From NCBI RefSeq assembly GCF_009834535.1, contig NC_045697.1, forward strand, positions 105,588,001 to 105,652,000: a DNA stretch of 64,000 nt, read 5' to 3'. The position numbers were made by a program, and so were the translations under genes. A model generated the notes under the pieces. The model did no database searches. It was not told where the DNA came from and saw only the letters and a list, made by a program, of their open reading frames with translations. Source of the stretch: Camelus ferus (Eukaryota). Of the stretch, positions 38,301-51,700 are shown piece after piece; the first letter of the stretch is position 1; every line of letters starts with the position of its first letter.

Positions 38301-40170
38301 ATGTGGAACAAATAAAAGTGGAATGACTTGGAAATTTGCCTTGCTTCTTTTGGAATGATAGCTTAGGGAGAGTTAGAGATGGGAAATAGGAATTCTTAGT
38401 TTTTTTCAGAATTGAATTCAATGATTTTGATATTCTTGGATGAAGAAGGTGAGGTTTAGAATTTTTATGGTAACATTAAGTGTGTGTTCTCAGCTTGAAG
38501 TGTTTTATTTTAACTGGCTCAACCAAGTTGTAACTTTTCTATACCAACTAGGTAAATTCTGCTTATGACAAGAAGATGCTTAATATAGTAGTAAAAACTT
38601 ATATTTATTGGGTGTCTGCCATGTCCCAGGAATTCAGCTAGGTACTTTCACATATATTATCTCATTTTCACAAAACACAGTCCAAACTGATGGAGAAATG
38701 AAAAGCCAAATGGAAATGTATCTCAACTTGCGCGAAGCATGGGGTTGGTTCTTGGCAAAGTTGTCGCTGTTTATCTTGGGTCTTTCCAGTCTCCTTTATT
38801 CTCCATTCTTTCCTAAATCCTTGCCCTATGAATACCTGCTCTAAAGAAAGAAGATGATATTGGCCATTTGCATTTTATGAATATTTAAGCAACATCAAAG
38901 ACAAAAACCCAAGAAGTTTTAATGCCATTATATAAATAAGAACAATAGCTTATTTTAGGATAAAGCCCTGGGGGCTCCCGAATGCATAAGAATCTGGAAT
39001 TCTTTGAGATACTGAGACTGAGAATCACAGGTGCATGCAAGAACTTCAATTTGGGGGCCTGGAAAAAGAAATCACAGTTTCCTCAGTCGTGGGTAAAATG
39101 ATGGAATCCCCACCAGGCTCCACAGAAGAACTTTATTATTCTTGCAAGCCTCAGGACCCAAAGTATGAATTATGAAATTAGTGGCAAATCAAAGAGCAAG
39201 AACACTTTGAGAATTTTTCTTCCTTCTTGAGGAAACTCTAAATATGTGTGTCCTTGGGCGTGAGTGTGAGTGTGTGTGTGTGCTCTCACGTCTGTATTCC
39301 CATGTCTGTGAGCTTGCGTCTGTGCATTGGTGTGCATGTGCACGATTTCTCAGAAAGAAACAGCACATAAAATGCAAAGACCATGCTAGTTGTCACTGAG
39401 TGATAACACTCCAATGAAACAGATAGAAATTTTATTAAACTTTAGCCCTTTTGTGGATAAGTCCACGGCGGGTTAGAGTCAAACAAGAAAAAATGAAGCA
39501 AACACTCAAACAAAGTTATGGGTGTGAGAGATAGGGAAGGAAAAACAAAGGAAAGAATCATCCTAAAATTGTCAGTTTCAAGCCAGGGAAATGTGATCAG
39601 GGCCATAAAAGAGTCTAAGGCGTGACAAAGCCAGGAGTCTAACTGGATAATTGGATGCTTGATAAATCTAGCTGGACCCCCTTTCTATCTGTAAACTGGG
39701 GCTAATCTTTGAAAAGAAACGTGGGCCTCTAGTTGCTTAGATTCTTCTTCTAGGATCAGTGCTATAATCCAGGTGAGCTGAGGGAAATTGGCAGAGGTTC
39801 TGTGGCGAAAATAAAGGTAGGTTTTTATGCAACAGGTGCTGTAGGTTAAGTAATGGAGTACTGGTTTCTTGGGACAGGATGTACCACTAGGTACATGCTA
39901 GGTTTATCACAGAGAGCGCTTGAAGCATCCACCAGGGTTACAATCAACAGTTATTAAATCCATTTCCTACTGCAGCTCTCTAAGTTTCATCCCAGGCCCC
40001 CTTCCTGAAGTGACCTACCATGAACGTATGGTGCGACTCGAAAAGCTTCTCTCAGTATAATAACAGTACCTTCTTTTCATTATTGCCTTTTTCTCTAGGG
40101 CTGGGCATTTTTCCCATCTGGCTCTTGAGAAATCAATGCCTGTCCTGGTTCTATCATCTTACTGTTTTAG

Positions 40171-40195
40171 TGTTGTTGTTGTTGTTGTTGTTGTT
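40171..40195. repeat. (TGT)8 microsatellite
   Basis: Read directly. Confidence 0.9.
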
Positions 40196-41424
40196 ATATA
40201 TTTATGGATATGAGATCATAGTCATAATTGTGGTATGCCCATTGCCAACTTCCTTAACCTCCTTTTGACAGTCTGTACCCACAGAGCTACAGATGCTCTG
40301 TGGAAAAAAAAAAAGGTGCAGCTTTCGGAGAGCACTTCAGTGAGATCTCGTGAGCGAGTTGCTAATCAGTGTGTTTTCTCTGCGTCCTGTTGGATGGTCT
40401 TAGTCTTGCTTTCAGCTTATCTGCAATACACTTTTTTTTTTTTTTTGTATCTTATGACCACACCATCAAATTTCATTTCATGTAACTGCATCTGGAAAGA
40501 AAATATCAGTCATCTTCCAGTAATTAAATGTGGCTGTTTGATTGCTGATTTATTATCGGGTAAAATCTCAGAATTTCCTTGAGCATCATTCTAGAATCTA
40601 GCCCATGAAAAGTGTTATCACAGATATTTTAAAGTTTTGTGGTAAACCTAATGAGATCTCACGATAATTTTGGTGATACCTTATTAAAATTCCCTGTAGT
40701 ATAATTAAGCCCCACCAGCCTGCTTTTAACGGAGGGGAAGAAATTCTCAACTGTAATGTCAACAGCTGCAACCACATTTTATGAAAATGCTGAGACAGTT
40801 AGCAAAGCCAAAACAGATACGACTGCTATTACATAAATTATAAATTTACACACACATCTAGATATACACACATACACAGACATATACACACTTGCAGCAG
40901 ATGAAATTTGCCTTGAAATGAAGATAGAGGTTGATGAAGTTTATATCTACCACGCCATCGAGTATTATGTATAAATCAATCCTTTCTCCATGCCTCCCTC
41001 CCCTTTCCTCCCATTTCCTTTTCTTCACAGGTCCTTGATAACCCTCCCACCATCAGTATTCTCACCTCTGATTGGTTTGTCCCTCCTGCTACTATTTTCT
41101 TTGATATCAGAAGTCCTGCCCTGTCCCCGCCATAACTCCTAGAACTGCTCTTCCCTATGTTTGAAGTCACAAGGCTATAAAACCTGCTATCAAGAGGGCT
41201 GGGGCAGCAGTAACCCCGCCTACCCATAAGTCCAAACCACTAGACATGGAACCAGCTTCTGAAAGTTGATTCTTCCTTCACACTTGCACAAGTAATATAC
41301 ATATAACACTAGGGGGGTGTTCTGCCCACGTTCTACTGGGTCTCCAGTGCCAACTGATGCTTTATCCATAGGGGGTTTTACTTGTTGATGAAGCAAGGAA
41401 AGTGATAAGAATTCCTGAATATCA

Positions 41425-43140
41425 TTCTTAATGGAAATTTTTATTGAGCTAAATGTAGATTCACATGCAGTTATAAGAAGTAATCCAGAGAGGTCCATTG
41501 TACCCTTTGTCCAGATTCCCCCAATGGTAACATTTGTAAAACTACAATATTACAATCAGGGTATTGATACTGATGTAAGCCACCGATCTTAGAGTTCCTC
41601 AGTTTTGTTTATCCTCATACGTGTTCATTAAGTTTTATATAATTGATGACCTGTACAGGTATGTGTATCCACCCATGGTCAAGATACGGACTCTTATCCT
41701 TTTATAATCATATCCACCTCCCCTCTTCCTCCTCATGCCCCATCTGTAGCTCCTGGCAACAACTAAACTATCCTCCATTTCTAAAATTCTGTGTTTTAAA
41801 AAATGTTATGTAAATAGGTGATATAATATGAGGCTTTTGAGGACTGAGTTTTTTTTTTTCCACTTAGTATAATTCCCTGGAGATTCATCTTAATTTTTGT
41901 GTATTGAGAATTTGTTCCTTTCCATTTCTGAGTAGTATTCCTTAGTAAGTATGTAATATAGTGGTTTGACTGTTCATTTATTGAAGAACATCTGCGCTGA
42001 TTTTATTTTTGGCTGTTATAAATAAAGCTGCTCTGAACATTATTTACAATGGCCAAGACATGGAAGCAACCTAAATGTCCATTGACAGATGACTGGATAA
42101 AGAAATTGTGGTCTATATATACAATGGAATACTACTTAGCCATAAAAAAGAATAAAATAATGCCATTTGCAGCAACATGGATGGACCTAGAGATTATCAT
42201 ATTAAGTGAAATAAGTCAGACAAAGACAAATATCATATGATATCACTTATATGTGGAATCTAAAAAAAAGACAAATGAACTCATTTACAAAACAGAAATA
42301 GACTCAGGCAGAAAACAAACTTATGGTTATCAAAGGGGGAAAAGAAGGGGAGGGATAAATTTGGAGTTTGGGATTAGCAGATACAAACTACTATATATAA
42401 AATAGATAAACAACAAGGTCCTACTGTACAGCACAGGGAACTATATTTAGTATCTTGTAATAATCTATAGTGAAAAAGAATGTGAAAAAGAATATATATG
42501 TGTAACTGAATCACTATGCTGTATACCAGAAACTAACACAACATTGTAAATCAACTATATTTCAATTTAAAAAAACAACAAAGAAAGCTGCTATGTTCGT
42601 TTGTGCAAAGGTTTTTGTGTTAACATAAGTTTACATGTCTCTGGGATAAAAGCCCAGTAGTTCAGTTACTGGGTTGTATGGGAGATGCATCTTGAGTTTT
42701 TAAGGAAACTGTCATGTTGTGATCCAGAAGGTCTGTGCCATCTTACATCCCTACCAGCCACGCATGAGTGATCCCTTTTCTCCAGTTTCTCCATATCCCT
42801 GCCAGCCTTCGGTTTTGTCAACTATTTTTTATTTAAGCCACTCTCACAGGTGTAAAATGATAGTTCATTAATTTGCCTTTCCCTAGTGTTACTGAACATC
42901 TTTTCTTGTGCTAATTTTCCATCTAAACACACTCTTCAGTGAATTATCTGTTCATATCTTTTGCCCATTTTCTAATCAGATTGTTTTGTTTTTTCATTGT
43001 TGAGTTTTAGAACTTCTCTACACATTATGGATACTAGTCCTTGGTTGGCTATGTTGTTTGTAAATATTTTCCCCCAGTACATAGCTTGTCTTTTCATACT
43101 TTTCATTCTTACCTTCAGAGAGCAAACGTTTTTAATTTCT
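41425..43140 (-). mobile_element. L1MB/L1MC-type 3' region, interrupted by a younger L1 at 42042-42579
   Basis: 'tttttattgagctaaatgtagattcacatgcagttataagaag...cccccaatggtaacat' and continuation 'ggtttttgtgttaacataagttt...gttcatatctttttgcccattttctaat'. Confidence 0.85.
42042..42579 (+). mobile_element. Young L1 3' end inserted antisense into the older L1
   Basis: ORF 42049-42240 '[47 protein letters not shown]' is the L1 ORF2p end; A tail; degenerate TSD 42020-42041 / 42580-42601. Confidence 0.95.
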
Positions 43141-43344
43141 GGATATCATTTTAACAATGTCATGAACGGGTCCAGAGGGAAAACATTGGTGTCTGTTATT
43201 TAAATACCATCATCAAGATGTAAATTAAACTGCAGTCTATAGAAACCAAAGTCCTATATCTATTAAAATATACAGATCATAACAGCTGGTGGCAAAATAT
43301 ATTTGAAGGCACGTTGTGATAAATAACCCTCTATGAATTCATTT

Positions 43345-44075
43345 TCTCATTCAATAAATAATTATTAAGTGAGCCTTATGTGTTAAGCCCTATGCTGATG
43401 ATGCCTGGGTGTTCTTTTTTTGAGGTGGGGAGGTAATTAGGCTTACTTATTTATTCTTCGAGGAAGTACTGGGGAATGAAGCCAGAACCTCATGCATGCT
43501 AAGCATGCACTCTGCCACTTGAGCTATACCCTTCCCCTGGCCATGGCAATTTAAACTCAAGAATGTATAACTAAAATTGAGGTAAGAACTCCAAAGTAAT
43601 GGGATATTGTATGATGAGAACATTTAACAGAGGAACTGAAATTCCTTTTAGGAAATAATGCCTGAGTTGAGAGCTGGAAGGTGAGGAAGAGTTCAGGGTG
43701 TAAGGAGTGGGGCAGGCGGAGGGGAATGGAGGCTGGGGGATGGGAGATGTATTGTCCTTGAAGGAGGCACCACAAATTCAGAGACCCTGCAATGGGAGGG
43801 AGCACAGAGAGCTGAGGGGTGAGAATGAGGGAGTCTGAGGCCCAGTGGGGCTGGACTTAGATCTCTATACTGAGACCTATTCAAAGGCTTGATGAGATTT
43901 ATGAGGGGGAAGAGATCAAACTCACATCCTGAAAATGAGACCCTAAATGCTATAGAGAATGAGGCATGGAGGGAGCACGGACTGAATATGGACACACAGC
44001 TAAGAGGCTCCTGTGGTTTTCCGGGTGATGTTAGTGATGGTTTGAACTGAGATGCTTACAATGTGCTCTTGGTAA
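43345..44075 (-). mobile_element. L2 3' region (split by a SINE)
   Basis: 'tcattcaataaataattattaagtgagccttatgtgttaagcc' L2 terminus; 'gctaagaggctcctgtggttttccgggtga...gatggtttgaactgag'. Confidence 0.65.
43415..43537 (-). mobile_element. Vic-1-type camelid SINE
   Basis: 'ggggaggtaattagg...gtactggggaatgaagccagaacctcatgcatgctaagcatgcactctgccacttgagctatacccttcccc', same family as 27046-27186. Confidence 0.9.
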
Positions 44076-44422
44076 AGTTGTCAAAGACTCCATAGTCAAC
44101 CTCAGGCCGAGAAACTGCAGATGAGGTTTGGGCTGCACTTGTTCTTAGAAATGTGTGGGCCGTTTTTGAACACCCGGGGACAGGACCACCCCAGAAGGAG
44201 TTTCTTCTCTGAGAAAAGACAGGGACTATGTTCCTGCCCTCAGGGGATGACTCTAGAGGCCTCAGTGCTTTGTCTTGCTCCTAAGAGCCAAGGTGATATG
44301 ATTTCAACTGATTTTGTGACGCTTCTCTTCAACCATCCTTAAATCATTTTGTAGATCTGGGGCCCTAAACCCAAATGTTCTGAGTAACTTTCATAAGACC
44401 TAGTCATAAGAAAGAGAGTATG

Positions 44423-44424
<2 letters not shown>

Positions 44425-44456
<32 letters not shown>

Positions 44457-44467
44457 AGAGAGAGAGG
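44425..44467. repeat. A29 tract followed by a short (GA)n
   Basis: Read directly. Confidence 0.9.
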
Positions 44468-44754
44468 GTAAGAAAATCTAAGCAAATAAGAGAAAAGGAA
44501 GGGAATGTGGGAAGTAGAGAGTCTGTGACAAATAAGAATGAGAAAAAAAGGGTGAACATGCAGGGAGGGCTGTCCATGATCAGCTGGCATTTCCAACTAA
44601 TTTCCAGAGGTTCCCACGTGCGTAGCTCCCTTTCTCCAGCTGTGATGGCGGGGCTACTTTTTTGTGGAAGAGTAAGGCAACCCAAAGAGCCAAACTGGAG
44701 CTATCTATGGGGTAGTCTTAGGAGCTGAAAAGTGTCCATGATAAAAAGCAGCAA

Positions 44755-45096
44755 GTGAAGTAAGCTAGAAAGAGAAAGAAACATGCCATATGATATCACT
44801 TATATGTGGAATCTAAAAAAAAAAAGGACACAAATGAGCTTATCTACAAAACAGACATAGAGAACAAACTTATGGTTACTAGGGGTTAAAGGAGGTGGGA
44901 AGAGATAAATTGGGAATTTGAAAATTGCACCTCTTGGGGAGTGATGGAAATGTTAGGTATCTTGATTGTGATAGTGGATTCATTGGTGCATACATCTATC
45001 AAAATTCATCAAATTGTACATTTGAAATATATGTAGTTTACTGTACAGGAACCATACCACAATAAAGGCATTAAAAATAAATTAATTAATTTTTTA
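44755..45096 (+). mobile_element. L1-derived insertion, apparently chimeric (young L1 3' UTR 5' half plus older L1M-type terminus)
   Basis: Perfect 12-bp TSD aaaaagcagcaa (44743-44754 / 45097-45108); similarity to the other young copies stops at ~44929. Confidence 0.8.
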
Positions 45097-46489
45097 AAAA
45101 AGCAGCAATTATGTCACAGAAACCATTGGAGGGACGGGGCAGGAGTGGGTGTAGGTACATCTTTAACATAAAGACAAATTTTACTCTCAGAGTCAGGTTT
45201 CCAAGTCTGCTTGAAACATTTGGTGCCTGTGGTTGTTTACACTTGGCAAATCATAGTTTCCTCTGTGTGTGTCTTTTAATAACGAACTTGAAGAGAAAAG
45301 AAATACCTCCAAAGCTTCTAGATGTCAAATAGATCTTACAAACATTTTTTTAATCATCTAAGTGTAAGTGATACAAAAGCCTATAGATGGAATTTCCCAA
45401 CATATTTCTCAGCAAAAAAAAAAAAAAAAAAAAAAAAAGAAATATGTAATGAGCCTCGATATATTGTTCTTACTAAACATTTCAAAATATCTCTGATTAA
45501 TATGCAGAAGGTCCTGATCTCAGTTGTGTCTACTTGTCCCAAGGTTAAAAGGGAAGGAAAGGGCCTCTCTGTGATCTAAGAGACAAATTAAATCTAATTT
45601 ACTTTGGTTATATGTTAATAAATATGCATCCAGGAGGTCAATTTAGTTCTAGTGGTTTAGTCACTGCTAAGTGGAGTTGCTCACAGAGAAACTGTCTGGT
45701 TTACTCAGTGAGTTCAGATAAACTAATTTTGATATTGTTGGCCTTTAGAAAACCTCCTTTTTTCCCCACTGTATATTCCAGCAACCCTATTCACATTCTA
45801 ATTCTAGCATATGGGAAAGACCATGGCCTAGCTGTGATGGTGGTCGGGCTTTGGGGCAGTAGGGCACTGGCATCAAGAGAACAGAATTATGGGAATGCTC
45901 AGGACACAATTAAGAAGTAATTACAGTTGTGAATGGCTGTCTCAGGTATGATCAATGCAGATTTGTCTTCTTGAAAATGACCCCTTCTTTTTCACACTTG
46001 GAAAATTCAGGAAGATGCTTACTTTCCACCTCAGATAACCACATTTTACACCTGCCTTTTTATATTCTTTGGAGGGATATTCAGTTGGAAAATGCTCTAA
46101 AAGACGTCCACAGACTGGTATTTGTCAAGTGGTTACACGTTTTAGCTATTCCATCTGCAAACTGTTGTCAGACCAGATTCTCTCTCGTGTCCCTTTGAAT
46201 GAAAGAAAGAGAAAAAAAATATTTGAAAGATGGGAAAATCACAGAAAAAAAATGTATCAACCAATTGTATTTTTCTCCTTCATCTCACCCATCTCTGTGA
46301 GACAATGTTAGATTTACAAATGATTTTATGGTTTGAAAACTCAGAATGCTTTTCTCACAATACTATTTCACCTTAAGAATTCTAATCTCCTTTGTGAAAA
46401 GCCATGGAATTTGGGGGAATTTTCTGATAGCACAGGATCCTCTGTTTCTTGGTTGCACTCAAATTTTTAAAAAATGATATTGTGTTGTG

Positions 46490-47560
46490 TTGCCCAAAGA
46501 GATAGGTAAATAAAGTAGCTTGACGGGGGATTTATCCATATGGGAAAACTCCATGGATAAAAGATCCTGAGGGTTGATGCTATCATACAGCTGGAAATTG
46601 CTCTTAAGAGGAAAATGATGGCCATGTTCAGTGAAGTAGAATGTCAACACAATGGGACAGGCAATGAAGAATGGGTGGGAAGGCTCAGGGAAATAACTAC
46701 ACTAGATAAGGATGGAAAACCTGACTGATGTCTGTATTTTAAAGGAAGTCCCCAAGGAGACTCCATTTATCAAAGCAGCATGGCACCAACATCATAGAGA
46801 AGCTCCCTGGTGGCTCCAGAGGCCAGAGCTGATGGTAGAAGTTGCCTTAACAGAACTGGACTCCAACAGCAAGGAAGAATGACAGGACCCTAAAATAACA
46901 GACTGCAATTATTAAATGTCAAAAGTCAGTTGGACACACTTAGTATAAACAGCAACAAGTCTGGAGTGATAGCTGGGAGAACTGAAGTGTGGAGAGCTCT
47001 GGAGATGGTTAATAGAATATGGCATCCTTATAGGTGAGATAGATGGGAAGTTTGCAAAAGAATTGCTCAATCTACACAATGAAAATCAATCAAGAGTAGA
47101 TCATCCATAAGCTAGACCACTTCCCCAACAAATGTCAAAATCCCTTACAGTCCGTTTTTCTAAATCTGAGCCAGATTACCGATCCATAACCCATGCACCA
47201 CAGGGGAAACCAGATCCCCGGAAGGAAGGACACAGCAAGAATTTGACAAACGTATCTAGTGATACATTCCCAAGTTCTTCCACAAAAGAACCTATGGGCA
47301 TTTACTTAATAACCATATACTGAGAATACTCAAACATTTTTTAGGAATGAAGGACACAGAACCAACAGGGAATAGATAATAAATAAGTCCTGGCCCAGGT
47401 TTGGCTCAAGGGATTCAGAGACCCACCCAATGATTGTTTCCTCAGTCCCCCAAAATATAATCCAACGTAGTAGAAAGATCACACATTTGTTCCTAAGCCT
47501 AAACCTGCAGGTAAGAGCAATCACAATGAGGAAAGGAAAAACCTTGGAAACAGTCTCCCA
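46490..47560 (+). mobile_element. ERVL/MaLR-class internal gag-like remnant
   Basis: 'aaatgatggccatgttcagtgaagtagaatgtc...aaggctcagggaa...ccccaaggagactccatttatcaaagc...gagaagctccctggtggct...aggccagagctgatggtaga' is decayed (K)RWP..SEVEMP..RLRE..PEDTPF.KA..SS.VA..RP.L.V. Confidence 0.7.
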
Positions 47561-47599
47561 GCCCCATCTTTTCTTCCTGGGACTAAATTTCTCATTCTC

Positions 47600-47949
47600 C
47601 CACCTTCTGGGTGTATTGAAGTCCAATAGTGCAAAGCTGAGTTTCTGTTTCTTTGGTGATTGGAACGTGCCTCCTTCCCAGAAAAGCCTGAGTCTGATAG
47701 GTTCATAAGGAGAACAGCAAGGCTAGATCCTTTTCCCAATTTCTGACAACTGTGCTATTAACACTCCTAGCACCAGAGCTCCCCATGAGATTGATGGAGG
47801 TCTTTGTTGTGCCCACGTTCTCCCTCTGCCAAGTCCTCCTTCTTTTACTATCCCACAGGTGGTAACACCGGGGGTACTCTGCCATAAACTTTGTGCATGC
47901 AAATCTCAGTCCTCTTACAGCCTGCTTCCCAAACACCTGACCTGCAACA
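47600..47949 (+). mobile_element. LTR16-like ERVL LTR
   Basis: 'ccagagctccccatgagattg...ttctccctctgccaagtcct...cacaggtgg...cataaactttgtgcatgcaaatctc...ctgcttccc...acctgcaaca', directly downstream of the ERVL internal remnant. Confidence 0.75.
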
Positions 47950-48569
47950 TCATCCTTCTCTTTACAAAGTAAAAGAATTACAGGACTTGCCCAGAAAAGT
48001 AAACTCATCAGTTTATACCTGACACCAAAGTGGTCATTTGACAGTGACCTTCTTCATATGAAGATTACCTTATTTTGGTGAAAGGTAACTTGGGAAATAA
48101 GTGAATTAGACAATTTTTTTGTTTGGATTTAACCTAGTGTTCCTATCAAAATTTCACATCAAGAGATTCAAGGTACAGAGGTATTTCTGCTTTTGGAGAG
48201 AGATGTTGACCCATCTTGAATTGTTAGAGTTCAGATCTGCCTTGAGCCACCGTTGAGTGGAAAGGAATCTCCTTATTCTCTTGGATAATTACATGCAAAA
48301 TGGTGGGAACCTTTGTTGAAATCCCCCAAACCTGAAATGAATGCTTCTTTTTTCCCTTCTCTATAGTAATTAAAGTAAATGATTGTTTTTTAATAGTAAA
48401 CCGGGGACAATTTTACCCCTTATTTTTATTTTTGAAATTAACTTCTATTTAAGGTCTTCAGGTCTAGATTGGCTTTTATCCATTGCTTTTAGAAGGCTTT
48501 ACAGCAACTATAACCTAAAGTGTGTAACTGTATCCTTAAGGGTGTAAAGCCTGAGATAAACGGGAAAAG

Positions 48570-48790
48570 GTACTAAATTTACTGAGTATCTACAATGTGC
48601 CTTCCATTATGCTTGTCTTGTCCATAAGCATTATTTCATTTAATCTTCACAACTAATGTGTGTTATAATTTGTATTCTTATTATATAAAATGTTGAGAGG
48701 TAAAATGACCAAATTTGGACAGCTCATGGGCTGAACAATCAAGGTTAGAAGACAGGTTCTAAATCTATGTTTAAAGCTCTTTCCACGGCT
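48570..48790 (-). mobile_element. MIR SINE
   Basis: 'aatttactgagtatctacaatgtgcc...cattatttcatttaatcttcacaac'. Confidence 0.65.
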
Positions 48791-51700
48791 AATTTGACGT
48801 GTACTTTGTAACTAAAATCCCTTTCTTTTTCCATGGCATTTTTTTTAAGATTTTAAAAATTGTATCATGCTTACCTGTAATATTGTGATTTTACAGAGAA
48901 TTAAACTATAGAAATTTTATTTCATTTTCCAAATTCACAGAGAAATTTGTGAGATAATGGAGAAAAGAAATCTCATTTTTTAAAAAATTTTGCTTCTGAA
49001 ACAAGAGATTAAATCATCATCCTTTTTAATTCCTTGGTCTGAACTTGGAAACTATTTCACTTGTACAGAATGAGAATTTTATATTTTAAATATTATTTGT
49101 GGCTCATGTGTGTAAGTATGGGTGAGTTTTTGCTTGTGTGTGTATTTAATTTGTATGACATATATCATTGCTTCCTAGAAGTGAATTAATAGACTATTAG
49201 TGTAGTTTAGAAATATTTAATGTATTTTGGGCACGATTCTCTGTTTAGATCACCAGTAATTTTAAAGGATAGCAATGTGATGGGGTAAAGCAATGGTTTC
49301 CCTAAGTGGATATGAAACTAATGACAACTCTCCCAGACAATGACTATACAGGAGGGTATGTTCTCTATGCACTAGATAGAGTTGATTCTGCTAATAATAA
49401 CCAAAGGAAAATTTTAGGAAGCAACTCCTTCTGCTTTATCATTTTAGTTACAAGAAACCCTTCTGAGAGAGCCAGCAAAGTAGAACTTGTATTGACACAC
49501 CAGATTCCAGAACCTTGTGGTGAGTGAAAATCAAGCCAATGCTGAACGGAAACTGAATTGTTATTCCATCTTTATATGGTTTCCTCGTAAAACATTTATT
49601 TTTGTGACTTGTTCTCTTTGCTGACTTGGTGACTGAATTGGTTATGCTTGGTTTCTTAAATTTTCTGTCTCATAAATAGTTTGCTCATGGTATGATGTTA
49701 TGATTTTTTAAAATCTTAGATTTACAACAGACACTTTGAATTCAAGAGAGAGCCATCTCAAAGCTTCATAAATATTCAAATGTATAAATATCACAATAAC
49801 AAAGTATTTTCCCCATGAAACTTTTTATATTCTCAGCCCCATGATTTTTCTTAGATTGTTTCACATTCTCTTTCATTTTTGCTGTCAGCAGTAGTAATTC
49901 CCTCTCATTTGAGGAATGTCTTTTCACAGGGAAACAAATTTGTATCCCCTCATGATCTTTACTGTGTACATGGCAACATACATGTAGAGAATAACAGATC
50001 TTGGTTAGTGGAGGATGAAGTCAGTAAGCTTCTGGCTTGTAGCATGTCCAACTCAAATTCTTCAAGGTTACTCACTGTTGGTGAAACCATGGACATTAAA
50101 TCTGTGCATGTTGTCTAACCCAATATACTTGCATGGGAAAAAGCTCTTAAGGCTTTAGAGATACATGTTCAATGTGGCTGAGCAGAAGAAAGAAGCATTT
50201 CAATAAAAGGGGAAGTGTGAATCTCTCCTCATCATTGGGGTCTTTATTATCTTCAGTTTTCTCCATTATTTCAGGATAGCTTCTCTCCAACACAAAGCTT
50301 GAGAAACACTGAGCAAACAATGAATGAAGGTTCCCTCAAATATCAGGTGTCTGGAGCCAAGGCGATACCTCTTGGATTGTTCAGTGAGAAAGCTCAGGCA
50401 AAAAAAGAGCCGTGATGCACAATCAATTCACACTGCTCATGGGCCAGCAAGCCAAGGAGATGGTTAGTCAAATATGCCACCACAGTTGGCTCTTTTAGTT
50501 TTCAAAGGAGTCGGGTTTCTTTGCAGATTGAAACACAGTATCACAGGGTTGTTGACGAGTGGACCTGGCTCGATTGCTACCCCCAAGCAGAACCTCTTTC
50601 CTTGTCAGGAGTCTTGATCTTAGAGGGGCCTTAAAGAGACTTGAGCCCCAGCATTTCCATGTTGACAAGACATAGTTTATTTTCACGCACAGGGTACAAC
50701 AGTAGAGTGGGACGAGATCTCTGAGCTTCTGGGAAGCTGAGCTCCTTAAAGATCTTTCACAGTTAGAAATAAAGCATTGTGAAATATTAGAGATGGCCCT
50801 GCTCACTATTATACACATCTTTTTTCCCAAATAAATGGAGCCAGCTTTATAGATAAAACAATATGTCTTTTAAGATCTTTTATAAAGGGTTGTTGCTAAT
50901 TGCATAAATACCTATGGCTATTACAATCCAGGTGCTTTGGGAAATTTTATAATTAATAGTACATTCTTAATTGGAATGACAAAAATTTCCCTGTTACATT
51001 TAATATTACTTTTAAGGAGACTACTATTTCTAAAACTTACAAGAGATTGGGATATACAAGAAAGGGTTCAGATTTATGTAAACAAGAGGGTTTAAAATGA
51101 AGTTTAGGGGGAATTGAAACTAGGATTTTTTGGTTTGTTTTTTTTGTTTTATTTTAGTTTGAGGGAGGTACTCCTGTGATTATATTAACACCCATTCACG
51201 TATCTGGATAAAAATGATTTTATTTGGAAACCTTAGCAGTATTTTGTCTGCAGTTACCTGGGTATTTAGATGTCAAAGTAGACCGCTAAAAGATGGTTCT
51301 AAAGTCCAGGAACTATAGAGGAAATTATTGTAATAGCACAATTAAAATAGGCACTTGATTTTGCTTGCTTGATTTGCATGGGTTTTTACTTCTCTAGATT
51401 GTACATGAGGAAAGCCAATACTCATTTTTTTTGGCCAAGTCTTATCTGATCTTTATTGGATTTTATTTATACAATCAGAGCAAAGCTAACTGAATTTTAA
51501 GGGCTTATGTTTAGTTTACACATTTCTAGGCTTTTCCTAATGTTCCAAATAATTATCAATAGTTTTCTTTCGTAACTGAAGCCGATAAACGGCATTGATA
51601 GTAACACCAAAGGAATGTTTTAATTTATTAATTAGAATGTTTATGGCTTCTTCAAGGCTGGTACCTAAATGCAAGCTAAGACAGTGATCTATGAATTCGT

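Noticed and set aside
44404..44728. Lys/Arg-rich 102-aa ORF and a processed-pseudogene interpretation of the A29 tract
   Set aside because: The composition comes from poly(A)/(GA)n; there is no upstream mRNA-like body or TSD.
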